Both the position numbers and the translations under genes were made by a program. The notes beneath the pieces are model-generated. The model ran no database searches and was not told where the DNA came from. It saw nothing but the letters and a program-made list of their open reading frames with translations. From positions 4,618,261-4,682,260 of the forward strand of contig JBNZDD010013718.1 of the NCBI GenBank assembly GCA_050575255.1: 64,000 bases of DNA, given 5' to 3'. The stretch is from Harriotta raleighana. Taxonomy: Eukaryota. Shown piece after piece: positions 1-11,877 of the stretch. Each line of letters starts with the position of its first letter. The first letter of the stretch is position 1.

Positions 1-1014
1 TGAAGAATTTGATACAAAAGAAAAATTGCACTCGTGTTTGCTTTGTACAGTATATTGTTGCAAGATAGCTTCAATTCATCTTTCAGTTCTAGTAGAATTC
101 GGAATTATTTTTGTGATCTATATAATTTTTTAAAAGTCTTTGGAATACACTGCAATACATCTTTACAGCTATGGAGTGGGGAACTGTTTCTTAAGTATTG
201 AGAAGCTTCTAAATACAGTGACGAGATACTGTAGCTCCTTAAATAGTTTGGGGTCTGTGTACATTTATGCTGTGGTATTATTCAAATGGGGAAAGAGGAA
301 GCGTGCTGGTATGTTTGAACAGCTGCTAGCTTTAAAAAAAATCATCCAAAGGAACTTGAGGTCTGAACTTTTGTGCTGCAGGCTAACACTGTGAAGAACT
401 AGAATCTTTTAACATAAAACATTGTGCATAATCTATATATGGCAGCATTAGACTCTTCCGTCCCTAACAAAACGGTACATTTACTTTCCACCTTTTATTT
501 CAACAAAACTTTCTGGCTATGAATATGATATTTTATAGTATCAGAAATTCATAATGCAACCCTGAACAGAACATTCAGTAACTTGCAAAAGGTTTTTATG
601 TCAGTATGATAATTACTTTAAAAATCATCCATGTGGAAACTTGTTTTGAGATGGAGAGTATTTTTTTTTACCTAGAATGCTGTCGTCGTAAGTGTAATGG
701 GAACATCTGGTGTTTTGCCAAAAACTATAGGCCACGTTTTAAGTTTTAAGGTGAAGAAAAAGAGAAACTTGTTGCTGTAATAAATATAGGTTTCCACAGG
801 ATTTTTTTTTGCCCAGGGACTGATTTTGATAAGCAACACGAAAGGGATAAATTGCACAATTAATTAAGAGAACATAATTAAAATCAAGAATGTTTGCTTT
901 GCAGTTAGGCTTAAAGGATTAGAAATGAAAATAAAACACTGCATCTTAACTGTTAAATTTTACATTTTAAAATGTATTAATTGTGAAACAATAGCCGTTA
1001 AAAGTTTTGCTGTG

Positions 1015-1131
1015 ATAATAATCCATGCATTTGATATAGAGCCTTACCATGTCTTTGAGATGTCTTAAAGTGCCTCACGGAATATACTGTAAAGTGAATT
1101 GACTGCATATTTTTGTGGGTGAAACCCATGG
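1015..1131 (-). mobile_element. 3' fragment of the young tRNA-derived Deu-SINE family
   Basis: Reverse complement of the 3' part of the copy at 1633-1925 (ataataatcc-tgcatttgatata...gaatatactgtaaagtgaattgactg). Confidence 0.8.
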
Positions 1132-1632
1132 GATAGGTTTATTGCTTTTCTGGTTATTCAGTCAGTAACCAGAGTGATCGCTCCAATGCAGATGAGGACT
1201 CAAGAATGTGAACAATGAGATCTAATATTGATTGATATTTCAGCGCTATCCAGCGTGAAGGACAGTAAGTTATTGTTGTTGTTGATTTCTTAACAAGATT
1301 CCTCAATAGAATTTCTGAGTGGGGACTCCTTCCAGTAACAAAATTAAGTCCCACTGACCTGCTGGAACTCTGCGCTGAAAGTAGGTAGTGCTGAAGCAGA
1401 CTCCTGTGGGTTGGCATGATACACTTCTGTTTTAAAGCTCTTATGGAAGGAAGAACAATGTAATACCGCTTCGTGGCCTGTGTGGCGCTGTGAACTCCTC
1501 GAAAGTTTTCTTCTGTAGCACTTGCAAACGTTTCTTCAGAAATGTGTGGAACAAAACATCCTATCCGATGCCTTTTAAATAAGTTTTTAAACGAGTCCTG
1601 GCTTGATTCAATCGTACAAAAGTACTTTTGCG

Positions 1633-1925
1633 GAGTCCTGTAGCTCAGTGGTTAGAGCTCACCTTACAAGCAAGAGAGCTGGGTTCAATTCCAGGCAGGG
1701 CAAAAAGATTGGGCAAATTTCCTTACTCCACATGCCTAATAATACCCCAAAAAAATTGGTCATTTCAATCTATGACTGTTTGTGGGATATTGCTGTGTGC
1801 AATTGGCTGCCGCGTTTTGCCCACAAATATACAGTCAATTCACCTTACAGTATATTCTGTGAAGCACTTTGAGACATCTAGAAGACGTGAAAAACGTCAT
1901 ATCAAATGCAAGGATTATTTTATTT
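1633..1925 (+). mobile_element. Full-length tRNA(Ala-like)-derived SINE with Deu-like core and L2-type 3' tail
   Basis: Pol III box A (TAGCTCAGTGG) and box B (GGTTCAATTCC), core gtttgtgggatattgctgtgtgcaattggctgcc, tail aagcactttgagac...caaatgcaaggattatt. Many further copies occur in the window. Confidence 0.9.
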
Positions 1926-2389
1926 TTATATAATTTTGATACATTTTGTGAAAGCGTGAGGCTTTACTTAACTGCTGCTGAATACCATTTTTCCAATTTA
2001 TAGGTCTCTCAGAATTTGGGGTAATTAGTTTCAATGCACTTTAGAAATTTCATTAGCTTGCAACTTTTCATATGAACTTTTTCTATTAGCTTCTCCAAAT
2101 AAGACAACATTGTTTTCCTCATCCTTTTATGAATTCGCTAACTGTGGGACGTTTTATTATGAAAGGCATAGACAATATAAACATAAGCAGGCAATTCACT
2201 TCAACCACAAGATCATGAATTTGGAGTACAGAGATGTAACAATAAGCCTGAACCTGAGCAAGTACTGTAATTTGAATGTTTTTCTCTTTACATAACAATA
2301 AAGATGGGACTGAACAAATGCACATTCTGCGCAGTATAATTTCTTCAAAAGGATATCGGACAGGTATTTTTTAGAGTTATTGTTATTAG

Positions 2390-2510
2390 AGACTACAGGA
2401 ATAGCCAGGCCAAAGCCAATCGTATTGAGTTACAGGTCAGCTATGATCTAAGAAAATGGTGTAGCAGGTTTGATGAGCCAAATGGCATACTCCAGTTTCT
2501 GTGTTTCTAA
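2390..2510 (+). mobile_element. Degraded CR1 LINE 3' end
   Basis: ggtcagctatgatct..aatggtgtagcaggtttgatgagccaaatggcatactcc resembles the shark CR1 3' terminus also seen at 24017-24201. Confidence 0.6.
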
Positions 2511-5500
2511 TTCCAAGACAAGATTACCATTGCGTTTTGTCTTGCTGTATCTTGAAGCATGAAAAATGTCTGGAGTCTAGGAGGTCTGATCTCGAGTGTT
2601 AGAGATATAGAAGTTGATGAATACCTTGGAATTTGTACTTGATTGTCTTTTGGAGAATACAGCAGTGTCTATGCAGAACATTCCCCAAGGAGATAGAGTA
2701 AGTTGGGTTGAGTCCATGATCTATGGCACATTTTGCGAGTATGCTCATGAAGCTGCTGAATGCCCTTTTTGTTTCATACTTCAACTTTTAGTTACATTTT
2801 GTCTCCATGCCAGCTATTGTATTCTCTTCAGATTACATCAACAGTGTGATGCTGACATAATCTTCGTGGATATCCTGAGGTTTTATATGTTTTTCACAAA
2901 AAGAAGTTGCGTTTTTAAAGTGTTTTTTAACAGCCAGAATTTGGCAATAAACAAACTTTTACAAAATTTGTCTCATTTAGCTATCCGGTTAGATCTTTGA
3001 TAGTAATCTTGCTCCTTCTGTTCTGTATGAAATACTGCACTTTTCTAAATATTTTAGTGTGACCGTTAAGTCTAATATTTGAGATGAGTCTGATTTGAAA
3101 CTTGATAATAAAGCTCAGTTACTTTTTATTGTAACATTTTACATGATAAAAGTATAATCAGATGTCACAGATCCACGTATGATTGAATTCCCTTTAATCA
3201 AAAAAATCTATATTATCATAGGAAACGCTACAAATGTCATACAAAGGAGAGCTGTGCCTTTTCTTATTGATTGTATTTACTAATGTTGAATGTTTCAGAT
3301 ATTTGAAAACAAGAAGAGGACTATTTTGCATATCTGACAACAAAACTGTTAATTGTTGCTTTTACTTGTTCCATTCACAAATTGTAATCAATAATTCCCC
3401 CCCAAAAAACATGGAGAAATGGGTGTAAAGGAACACCTTTACGTTTGGTTTGTATGATAAGAGGTTCACATAAGCATTGATATCAGACAAAGCTTTCACA
3501 GCCAAAGCATCAGAAAGTATGCAATTTATTTTGTAAGGTTGAAAGGACACTATTAAGTAATCCTGTTAGAGTGAAGCTTCAACTTGGAACTAAAATTAAA
3601 TTGTATCATGAATTATGGCATTAGCAATTATGATTTAATGCTGCATAAATATGTACTGGTGTAATGCTGCGTAAATAAAACTGAGGGATGGACATTGTTT
3701 TGTATTTAAGGGAATTATGCCCTCAAACTACAGAGCATTAATGAGCTTCATGAAGCCATAGAGTCAGATGGCAGTCAGTTAATGATCAAACATGCTTGAC
3801 TCAAGTTTGAAAACCTGGCAGTCGATGAATAAACCCTAACTGTTTGCTATAGCTGGAGTAGGAGGAAGTGCCTTGTGCATTTGAAAGGTTGTTGCGGTCA
3901 TTACAGCTGAGGAATGCCTGAAGATTTATTATTCAGATGAGTATGGTAAATATCAAGGGAGTTGTCATCTGTGTATTTTATCACAGATTTCTACTCCAGA
4001 CCTTGGATCTGAAATGTCGAATTGTTGTAGCTACAGGTGCAACATTCGTTGGTTTGCCTATTCAAGAAGAAGCAGCACTTCATGGTTTATATAAAAAAAA
4101 GACTGAAAATTTGGATAGCATTCGAAGTATTGCAAAATGTTTGCAATATTTCCATTTTTTTTGTCCAGTTGTTTAAAAGGCTCGAAAGATCTTGGCCATG
4201 GAGATGTGATTTTGCTGCCAATTTTTTTGGGGGGAAAAAAAATCGGAACAAAACTGCCAAGTCTTCCCTTACTAATTCTCACAGGAAAGCTGTTTGCTCA
4301 ACAGAGGGTAGTTAAACAAATGTACACTGGTATGCGCAACATTGAAAAATCCTTTATGTGAGTCTTCAATGGCCTGCTGCATGGCATTAAGGACAATGTG
4401 CTCATTAGTCTTACCTTCGTATATTTCAGTTTCAAGGTTTATCTGTCATATTTGCACAAAACTGTTAACGATTAGCAATAGGTAGCTGGTGTTGTGCCCA
4501 TTCCTCGTCCCATATGGTAGGAACGGATTTGTATCACCATTTATTAATGTAGGTAAATGTAATATACTTTTTTTTAATAGGAATTTTCCTTTTCATCATT
4601 TGGACTACAGTATTAAAAAAAACCTTGAGCCCCCTCCATTCACAAAGTAAATCAAGACCAGTATTTGTGGTGAAAGACCATAGCCTGCGCCTCTGCATCA
4701 AGTTAATTCATCAGAAATAGCACATCTAAGCAGACTCATTCTGACCTTATTCTCACAAGGTGAATAGGTGGATGCAGTCTTGATCCATGATGGATCAGAT
4801 TATTACAGTTGGCTCAATAAGTTCTTGCTATATGGCCCCATAAATCATTCTGAATTCCTGCAAAGGTGCATTAATGTTTGTTGTTGAACATTTTTGGTAA
4901 ATTGTGCCGCTCTGTGTGGGAATGAATGCGTCCGTGATAGGAGGCAAAGCATGTACTTTGTGTTCTCTGTAGGTCAGATTCCACAGTCTGCAAATTGAAT
5001 GTGAGGCTCTTTGAAAGCTGCGATTTGTAACTTTAAGTTCTGGCTGTTTGTTTGGAGAAGTTCTACATCAATCAGTGATGCAAAAAAATACAGCATCACA
5101 GTCCGAACCATGGACTGCTGAGCTCAAGTGACTATTTTCTGTGAGGAGGGAAAAATAAGTGGGGTGTCTGTGAGGCTGACACAGCAGGCAGTGGGTTATT
5201 GGAAACTGGCAGTCTTGATGGTCCATTTCCAGAGCCGGCAGGTCCACGGTGTTACAAGGTACTACAGATGAATGACCAGTAAACTAGGCTGGTTAGCAGA
5301 ACATGGAGGCTTCTTCCCACTTGGCCCCTGTTAAATCTGCATCCAGTGGCCTAATAGGTAAGATGGTGCTAACTGGAAACTTGCCAATGTTTCCAATAGC
5401 AAGCAACGTGGCTTTGGCTGGTTAAAATCTTATCAATTCCCCCAGTACAAACTCTGGGTTCCCCAAGCCTTATTGCTTGCCAACCTGCGCTTAAACTCTC

Positions 5501-6447
5501 TGGGATCAGGTAAGCAGACTGCATCCTGCCGGGAAGCCAGTGAGCACTCCACACAAGATGAATGGAAACCATAATTATGTGGAACTCTCAACAGTTTGGT
5601 TTTGGGGTCTCTCAAGCAAGCTGATTCATGGTGATGGGTTTCCGCATGTGTAAGTTGAAAAGGGTTCAACTGTAGTCTTCAAAGCCTTTTTGAAGTAGGG
5701 GAGAAGAGAACTGAAATTAGTTCCCAAGAACCAATAGAAATCTCATGCTATAGCTTGGCAATACTGAAGTCAATTGCCTTAGTTAATATTACTCCACTTA
5801 AGTCTGCAAACCAAAGCCCTAATGGGCAAAATGGTAAAGGATCTGCTTCACACAGGATTCCTATACTCTTTGAGTATCCTGTCCAAAATTCCTAGTAGCA
5901 ATATTACCAGTGTTAAATCATCTGAGGTTTTTACTGCAACGAAAATAAGGAAGAAAAAATTACATGAGGGGTGTTGCATTTTGTTGGCCTTGAAACATTC
6001 TTTAAATTTTTTAAAATATAATATGGACTCAGGTCACACTCAGATTTTCAGCACATAAGGATTATGTAATTCACTTGTCAGTCATACAGTCAACTGCTTA
6101 GTTATTGGTACCATGGAAGGAATAGAAAGGGTACAGAATTATGAAGTGCTTAATTAGGATGTACTTTTTCCAGCTTCTCTGCCAAGACTTCGACCAATAT
6201 TTTCAAACTGGTATTCATTTGGAAGAATGAATAAATTTTAAGACTGCATTTATATTTCTATGAAAAAGTAGATTGTGGATTCATTGAATGAACTGAGTGG
6301 GATCATACAGGTTATGAAGTGAGGATCAACTTTGTTTTTTAAAAACAATTAACATTAGACCTATTTAGACGTTTTCTTTTCATCCAGGGAAAGTGTATTA
6401 CTAGTACAGTATTACACTCCAATGCAGTGCTGGGTTTATAATAATCC

Positions 6448-6738
6448 TAATAATAATAATCCTTGCATTTCATATAGTGCTTTTTACATCTTCTAGACGT
6501 CTTAAAGCGCTTCACAGAATATACTGTAAAGTGAATTGACTGTATTTGTGGGCGAAAGGTGGCAGCCAATTGCACACACTAGTGACCCACAAACAAACAT
6601 GGATTGAGTGACCAAATTATTATTTTTTGGGGATGAGGATTATTATTAGGCATGTGAAGTAAGGAAACTTGTCCAAGGCTTCACCCTGCCTGGAATCGAA
6701 CCAAGGTCTTGCAATGCAAGGCACGTGCTCTAACCACT
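6448..6738 (-). mobile_element. Near full-length young tRNA-derived Deu-SINE
   Basis: (TAA)n tail, Deu core, and tRNA head (rc agtggttagagcacgtgccttgcattgcaagaccttggttcgattcc). Confidence 0.9.
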
Positions 6739-6774
6739 TGTGTTGTATCATTTGAAACTGAGTTCCCATTCACC

Positions 6775-7335
6775 TATTTAGGTGAATGTTAAATATCCCA
6801 TAGCACTGCACGAAAAGAGATTCTCCTTGTATTCCAGCTGACAATCGCCCAGATAAAAATTGGTCATTCACCAGAGGCGTTTTTAACACTTCAAACTACT
6901 CGGTCAATTTTCTTAGGGGCCTGTCACTGACGTCACATTTAATAAGTGCGCAAGCGCAATTTTATTTTATTCAAAAATTTACTTTCAGCGGATGCGATGC
7001 CTCTTTAAGCGGACCGCCTGGTCCGCCGGGCTGGGGAGAACTCTGGTTTTCGCTATACAGGTACAGTATTTAACGAAAGACAAGAGCACAGCACATTCAA
7101 AACCTCCCATTTCAATTTTTGCATTACTTTGGGGGCCTGCAATATGAAGGGCCCATCGGTGCATTGACCCGATTGCACCGGCGTTAAAAACCCCTCTGTT
7201 ATTCACTTCATTGGCTGTTTGTGGGACATTCCTGATGAAGTACACGGCCATTGCTTTATAGTAAATCTTGTGTAGGGTTTTGAGACAACCTCCTGATGTG
7301 AAAAGGAGCCATATCACATACGAGGATCATTATAT
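6775..7335 (+). mobile_element. Older Deu-SINE (SacSINE1/AmnSINE-like) split by the insertion at 6872-7198
   Basis: 5' part ggtgaatgttaaatatcccatagcact...tggtcattcac; 3' part ttcattggctgtttgtgggac...gttttgagac..gtgaaaaggagccatat resumes after the insert. Confidence 0.65.
6872..7198. mobile_element. Non-autonomous hAT-type DNA transposon (MITE), 327 bp
   Basis: TIRs cagaggcgtttttaac / gttaaaaacccctctg (15/16 complementary). 8-bp TSD tcattcac (6864-6871) / ttattcac (7199-7206). Subterminal ggggcc and ggtcaat motifs; CpG-rich. Confidence 0.85.
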
Positions 7336-8218
7336 TTAAACATTTTCCTCTGTTCCCCCTCTCCCATTCACATGATTTAATTACTATGTCCTATTTTTCC
7401 CTTCTCCCAGATCACAAGGGACCATGACCCCCATGTAACCCAGCTCAAACAAGAGACTATTTTCCGTCTTCCCAGCTCAGAAAAGAACTCTGGGCAATTG
7501 TTTTCTAGTACCGAAGGCTAAGGATTAGCCCTATGAGAAAGCAAGTACATTAAAGGAGCTTGCATTGTTTTGAGCATTTTAGCCCAGTCTATTTCAGGGA
7601 ACAAGTGCATTAGTGAAGCGCTTTAAACAGTTACCAGCTAGGAGGTCTTCATTAACAAGAAAATTGATTTCTTTGACATTGAACTCTGAGGCAGAGGAAA
7701 AGGCCTGGAAATTACTTTACAATCTGGTAAACTCGAGATGATTTCTTAAGCAAAACTGGAACCAGCCAAAAAAGAAGGCACGAGTCCCACTGGTTCTTAG
7801 CAGGATATATAACCTTTTGCGGAAGCAATGTTAAAAGAATATTGCAACTCAAAAGAGAGACGGAGCAGTAACCTCACACAAGACTTGTATCCTCTCAGAC
7901 ATTCCTTGATGCTGTGAATAAAAAGGTTGGAATGGGACAGGGAAAAGTCTGTTCTGCCTCCGAGTCCCTGTGGATCTCTATAATAACTTCCTATGGGCCA
8001 GGTCAATTTGTATGCTCTTCGCTGTCCTCTCTCACTCTTGGCGTCTCGGGAACTATAATTTGTAGGGAACAGATCAATGCTAGCCTCAAAGTCTTTTTAA
8101 CTCCCTGTATGATATGGCCTTTGATAACCTCAATGTAGTTTCAGGATTGAGATCGGAGTCTCCTGGCTACACCTGTGGGCATCTGACTCTGGTTCTAAGA
8201 CTACCTGTATATCTATCT

Positions 8219-8311
8219 TCCTTGCACTTGATACAGCACATTAATCACATCTTTGAGGCATCTCAAAACGCGTCATAGGATATACTGTAAAGTGAAGTGA
8301 CTATTTTGTGA
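8219..8311 (-). mobile_element. Deu-SINE 3' fragment
   Basis: cttgcacttgatacagcac...catctcaaaacgcg..atatactgtaaagtgaagtgact. Confidence 0.7.
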
Positions 8312-9496
8312 GCTAAATAAATGTACATAAATAAAATAAACTTTCTAAATCAGACCTAAACAAGGTCTTAAACCTTTGCCTTAATCACAAAAGTTATGGA
8401 ATATCATGTTGGAATAAAGTGAGATTTAGTGCACTATAGGGCATTAAAATACCATTGTTTTTTATTGCAAGCTAGGGGTGGAATTCTCTCCCTTTAGATT
8501 TGGGGGAGGGTAGGGCTCGAGACTCTTAAGTAGTATTTGAATGGAGGTTATTTGTATCTATGTTATTGTGGTCGTCTTGGCTATTAATGTGTAGGGGGCT
8601 TGCCAGTGATAATATTTCCAGATGAAATTTGTTTTCCTCGTGCAGGCGGATAAGCACTGTACTGTGTGGTGAATACTGCTGTTGTACAACCTGTTGAAAT
8701 TGTGTGTCTCCAAAATGAATAGTGATATACTGTATTGAGAAGTGAGCATGGACAATCTCTTACATTGGTAATAGCACGAAAATGAATAAACAGCTATGCT
8801 ACACTTGAGCGATTGAATCATAATAGCCATTTATTTTCAACTATCCAAACCGCAACATAATCATTTGTTTAGTTGTAATGTTGTATATCTTTCCAGCCAG
8901 TAATTAGTTGGTAACATCTGTTTTTTGTGGATTTTGATGTTCTAGGTTGATGCGAGTTTCATAGTAGAGGAAGTGAGAATTGGCTGACAGGACCAAGATT
9001 AGTACCAGAGGGACAGGAATTGAGGGGCGGGGAGGTTGGGATAATAACATTCACATCCAATATTAACATTGAATTATTGTCGATAATGTTTTTTTTAAAA
9101 GGCACTGAAGCTTTCTTACAGCTCTGCTAGTATATCACTTTTAATGTTAGGAAAGATACCACATACCAAATAGTGCTTCTGGAAAATTATTCAAGTTTAT
9201 TTATACAAATTAACTGGAGCCTGAAAGCAAATTAGTTGTGCAATAGTTTGCAAAGCTACCTCAGGTTGAAATTCCTTTAATGTCTGAAAAATGTACTGTG
9301 TGGACATAAACCCCAATCCAAATGTGTGCTTAGGATTCAAAGATTAATTTTTTTTAAAAACTAGGAATTTACAGATGTTACATTTGATAGGTCTTTAAGT
9401 AACAATAGTATAGCTCTACACCTTCATTGTTTTGGATTTGTAGCCAGGGTTATGTCAAGCTTTTCTTTACATTCTAATTAAATCCATGATGTTAAG

Positions 9497-9640
9497 CCTG
9501 TTCAGTGCTTTGAGACATCGCTATGGCATAATAAGGCACTATATCAAAAATAAGCATTATTATTCATTGTAAAGTTTAATGACTGTACTGTATTTGTAGA
9601 CAAACGGTAGCTCATTTCTGTACCAATGCCCCACAATAAT
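9497..9640. mobile_element. Degraded SINE with tail on + and body on -
   Basis: 9497-9564 is a + strand tail (gtgctttgagacatc..aaggcactatatcaaa..attattatt). 9566-9640 matches the - strand body (tgtaaag..gactgta..tttgtag..ccacaa). Confidence 0.55.
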
Positions 9641-10035
9641 TCTAGAATTTAATGCTTAAACTGCAACTTTTACATCTAAAGAATTCTCATAGTAATGATA
9701 GTGATAATCATGCTATAAAGTTAAGACAGTGGATGAAACAAATTATACTGTGTAGTAATCTCAAGTTCAATTTTTGAAGAAATTGTGTCCATGTATGCTG
9801 GTTTATATTAACTCAGCATTAATTTTATATATTTCTGATGGAACGTTCACACTACCCAGGAAGAGAATGATGCAAAGATTGAATCACTGGATAGTATTCA
9901 GCAAATTTGGGTTTGGAGCTTGTGAAAGTGACAAGTTATTAGAGTAAGACCAGTGCAATTGTCTGTTGATATTTGATTTTCACAATGGAGGAGAAACAGT
10001 GAGAAGTTACCTGCCTTTTTATTGTTTCTCTCCAG

Positions 10036-10155
10036 GGGCATGGAGAACAGTCACAGACTGCCTACTTCCTTCCCGAATTTGCACTTTCTCCACAAGGGAG
10101 TTTTCTGGAAGACACAACAGGAGAGAAGGTCTTGACGTATCGCTATGATGATCAG
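10036..10155 (+). CDS. ADAMTSL3: ADAMTSL3 internal coding exon (N-terminal peptide; equivalent of human exon 3), 120 nt, phase 0-0
   Basis: Acceptor ttgtttctctccAG at 10034-10035 and donor CAG|GTCAGT at 10156. Translates GHGEQSQTAYFLPEFALSPQGSFLEDTTGEKVLTYRYDDQ, which matches my recall of human ADAMTSL3 (AYFLPEFALSPQGSFLEDTTGEQFLTYRYDDQ). Not present in the ORF track in this frame. Confidence 0.95.
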
Positions 10156-11648
10156 GTCAGTGCAAGGTTTTTTTTTCTTCTTAAAGAAGTACCATTGCTT
10201 TTGAACAAAGAATAATTTTTGACAGAAGCCAGATCTGAAAGCAAATGTATAATTATACATTTTTCATAGAATGTTCCAGATAATCAGTATGAATGGAATT
10301 TTACTTCTTTCCATGTGTAAATAATTTAGTGTTTCTTCCAGGTTTTCTTTTCCTCTCTCAACCTCCACTGATAATACTTATTCAGAGCTAACATTTTTCA
10401 GGGCACGAACATTCACTATTAATAACCACATGCACTAAATAGAGTGCCACTGATCTTAACACTGTTGAGAAGTTAGCAGACTTTTAAATGTATATTGAAT
10501 TAGCATTATATTTTAATGGTAGACAATTATCATAGAGTCTTGGTAATTAAACTACTGTGTATGGTTTAAATTTAATAAACTTCAAGAAAAAAATCCTTCT
10601 AATTCACCAAGAGGCAATTTATTTACCAGGATGTGTTAAAAGATGAACAAAATATAATTAATACAGAGATGGATATTAACGTGACATTAATGTTAGATAT
10701 TAATGATCATAATATCATCCAGTATGACTTAAGTTAGACCTTGCTGAAAATTATTTTTACTGTAATGAATTTACTGAATAATTTTTCCAACACAAAAGTA
10801 GCAACAAGAGTAAGTCACGTTATCTGAATATTTTCAAGAAACACTCACTGAAATACTTCCTATATTACATTACGTCTTCTGGTCATTGTGTGTGATTCTT
10901 GGATGCATAAAAGTTCTAACTGTAATACAATACAATAAAAAGTAATGTAGCTAGGAATTGCTCAATTTTCCTAGCAAAATGCTTTAAAAGAATACAGTAA
11001 TTTAAACAATTTTTCAATATAGAGTAAATCTTTCTGCATTCTAGCAATGTTGATGTTGGAACACTCTGTGATTGAGGATCTTATATCATGTTTACGTTAC
11101 ATTTTTGATAGTTGCAATGTAAATACCAAAGTAATTGGTTTAATTTAAGCATGAGGGCTACAATATTGACGTTACTTGGCAGTTTAAATTCTGTTTCCGG
11201 AGAAAGGTTAAACATGAGAGGAAGGCATTTCTTCCGCAAAATGTATTTTTTTGCGATCAGGAATCTTAAATTACGATATGGCTGGCTAATTTGCAATTTC
11301 CATTGCTTAGTTTTTTGTTGTAATTGCTGCTTCCAGTTTGCAAATTTCACAGTCTGCAAATAGTGAATCCTAAACATGAACAAAGGCAGTGGGTGAAACA
11401 ACTGGCAGTTTTTTGCCAGTGTCTTGCTCACCTGCCTCTTTTCAGGATTTTCTTATATGAAGCCTTTATAATTCAGGTTTGAAGCATCATTGCCCCCGAA
11501 ATAATACACACTGTTCACATAGTGTATTTTTTGCGTTAATTGTAATTTTTAGTTTGTAAAAGTTTATATTTTAACAAAATTTAATATTGACCGGTGGTGT
11601 CCCATTCCTTTGTTAACTGCAATTCACAATTTACGTACTTCGAAAACC

Positions 11649-11877
11649 ATAATAATAATCCTTGCATTTAATATAGCACTTTTCACTTCTTCTAGACATC
11701 TCAAAGCGCTTCACAGATACACTGTAAAGTGAATTGATTATATATTTGTGGGCGAAACCTGGCAGCCATTTTGCTCGCAGCAGTATCCCACAAACCGTTG
11801 GGGATTGAAATGACCAATTTATTATGGTTTATTTTGGAGGAATTATTATCAGGCATGTGGAGTAAGGAAACTTGCCC
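11649..11877 (-). mobile_element. 5'-truncated young Deu-SINE
   Basis: High similarity to the reverse complement of about 1715-1925, ending at ggagtaaggaaacttgcc. Confidence 0.9.

Noticed and set aside
1633-1705. tRNA gene
   Set aside because: Box A and box B are present, but the head runs into a SINE body and tail repeated many times in the window, and the acceptor stem is poor.
3234-3428. Signal-peptide-like ORF (MSYKGELCLFLLIVFTNVECF) as the missing ADAMTSL3 first coding exon
   Set aside because: There is no convincing phase-0 donor after the hydrophobic stretch and no resemblance to the ADAMTSL3 N-terminus. The T-rich composition explains the hydrophobicity.
5440-5515. Strong donor CAG|GTAAGC at 5510 as end of the signal-peptide exon
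   Set aside because: The phase-0 frame needed to join 10036 has a TAA at 5492-5494.
7411-7521. Strong acceptor (ctatttttcccttctcccAG) followed by 36 open codons
   Set aside because: The peptide is unrecognisable, ends in a stop and has no clear donor; such sites are expected by chance.
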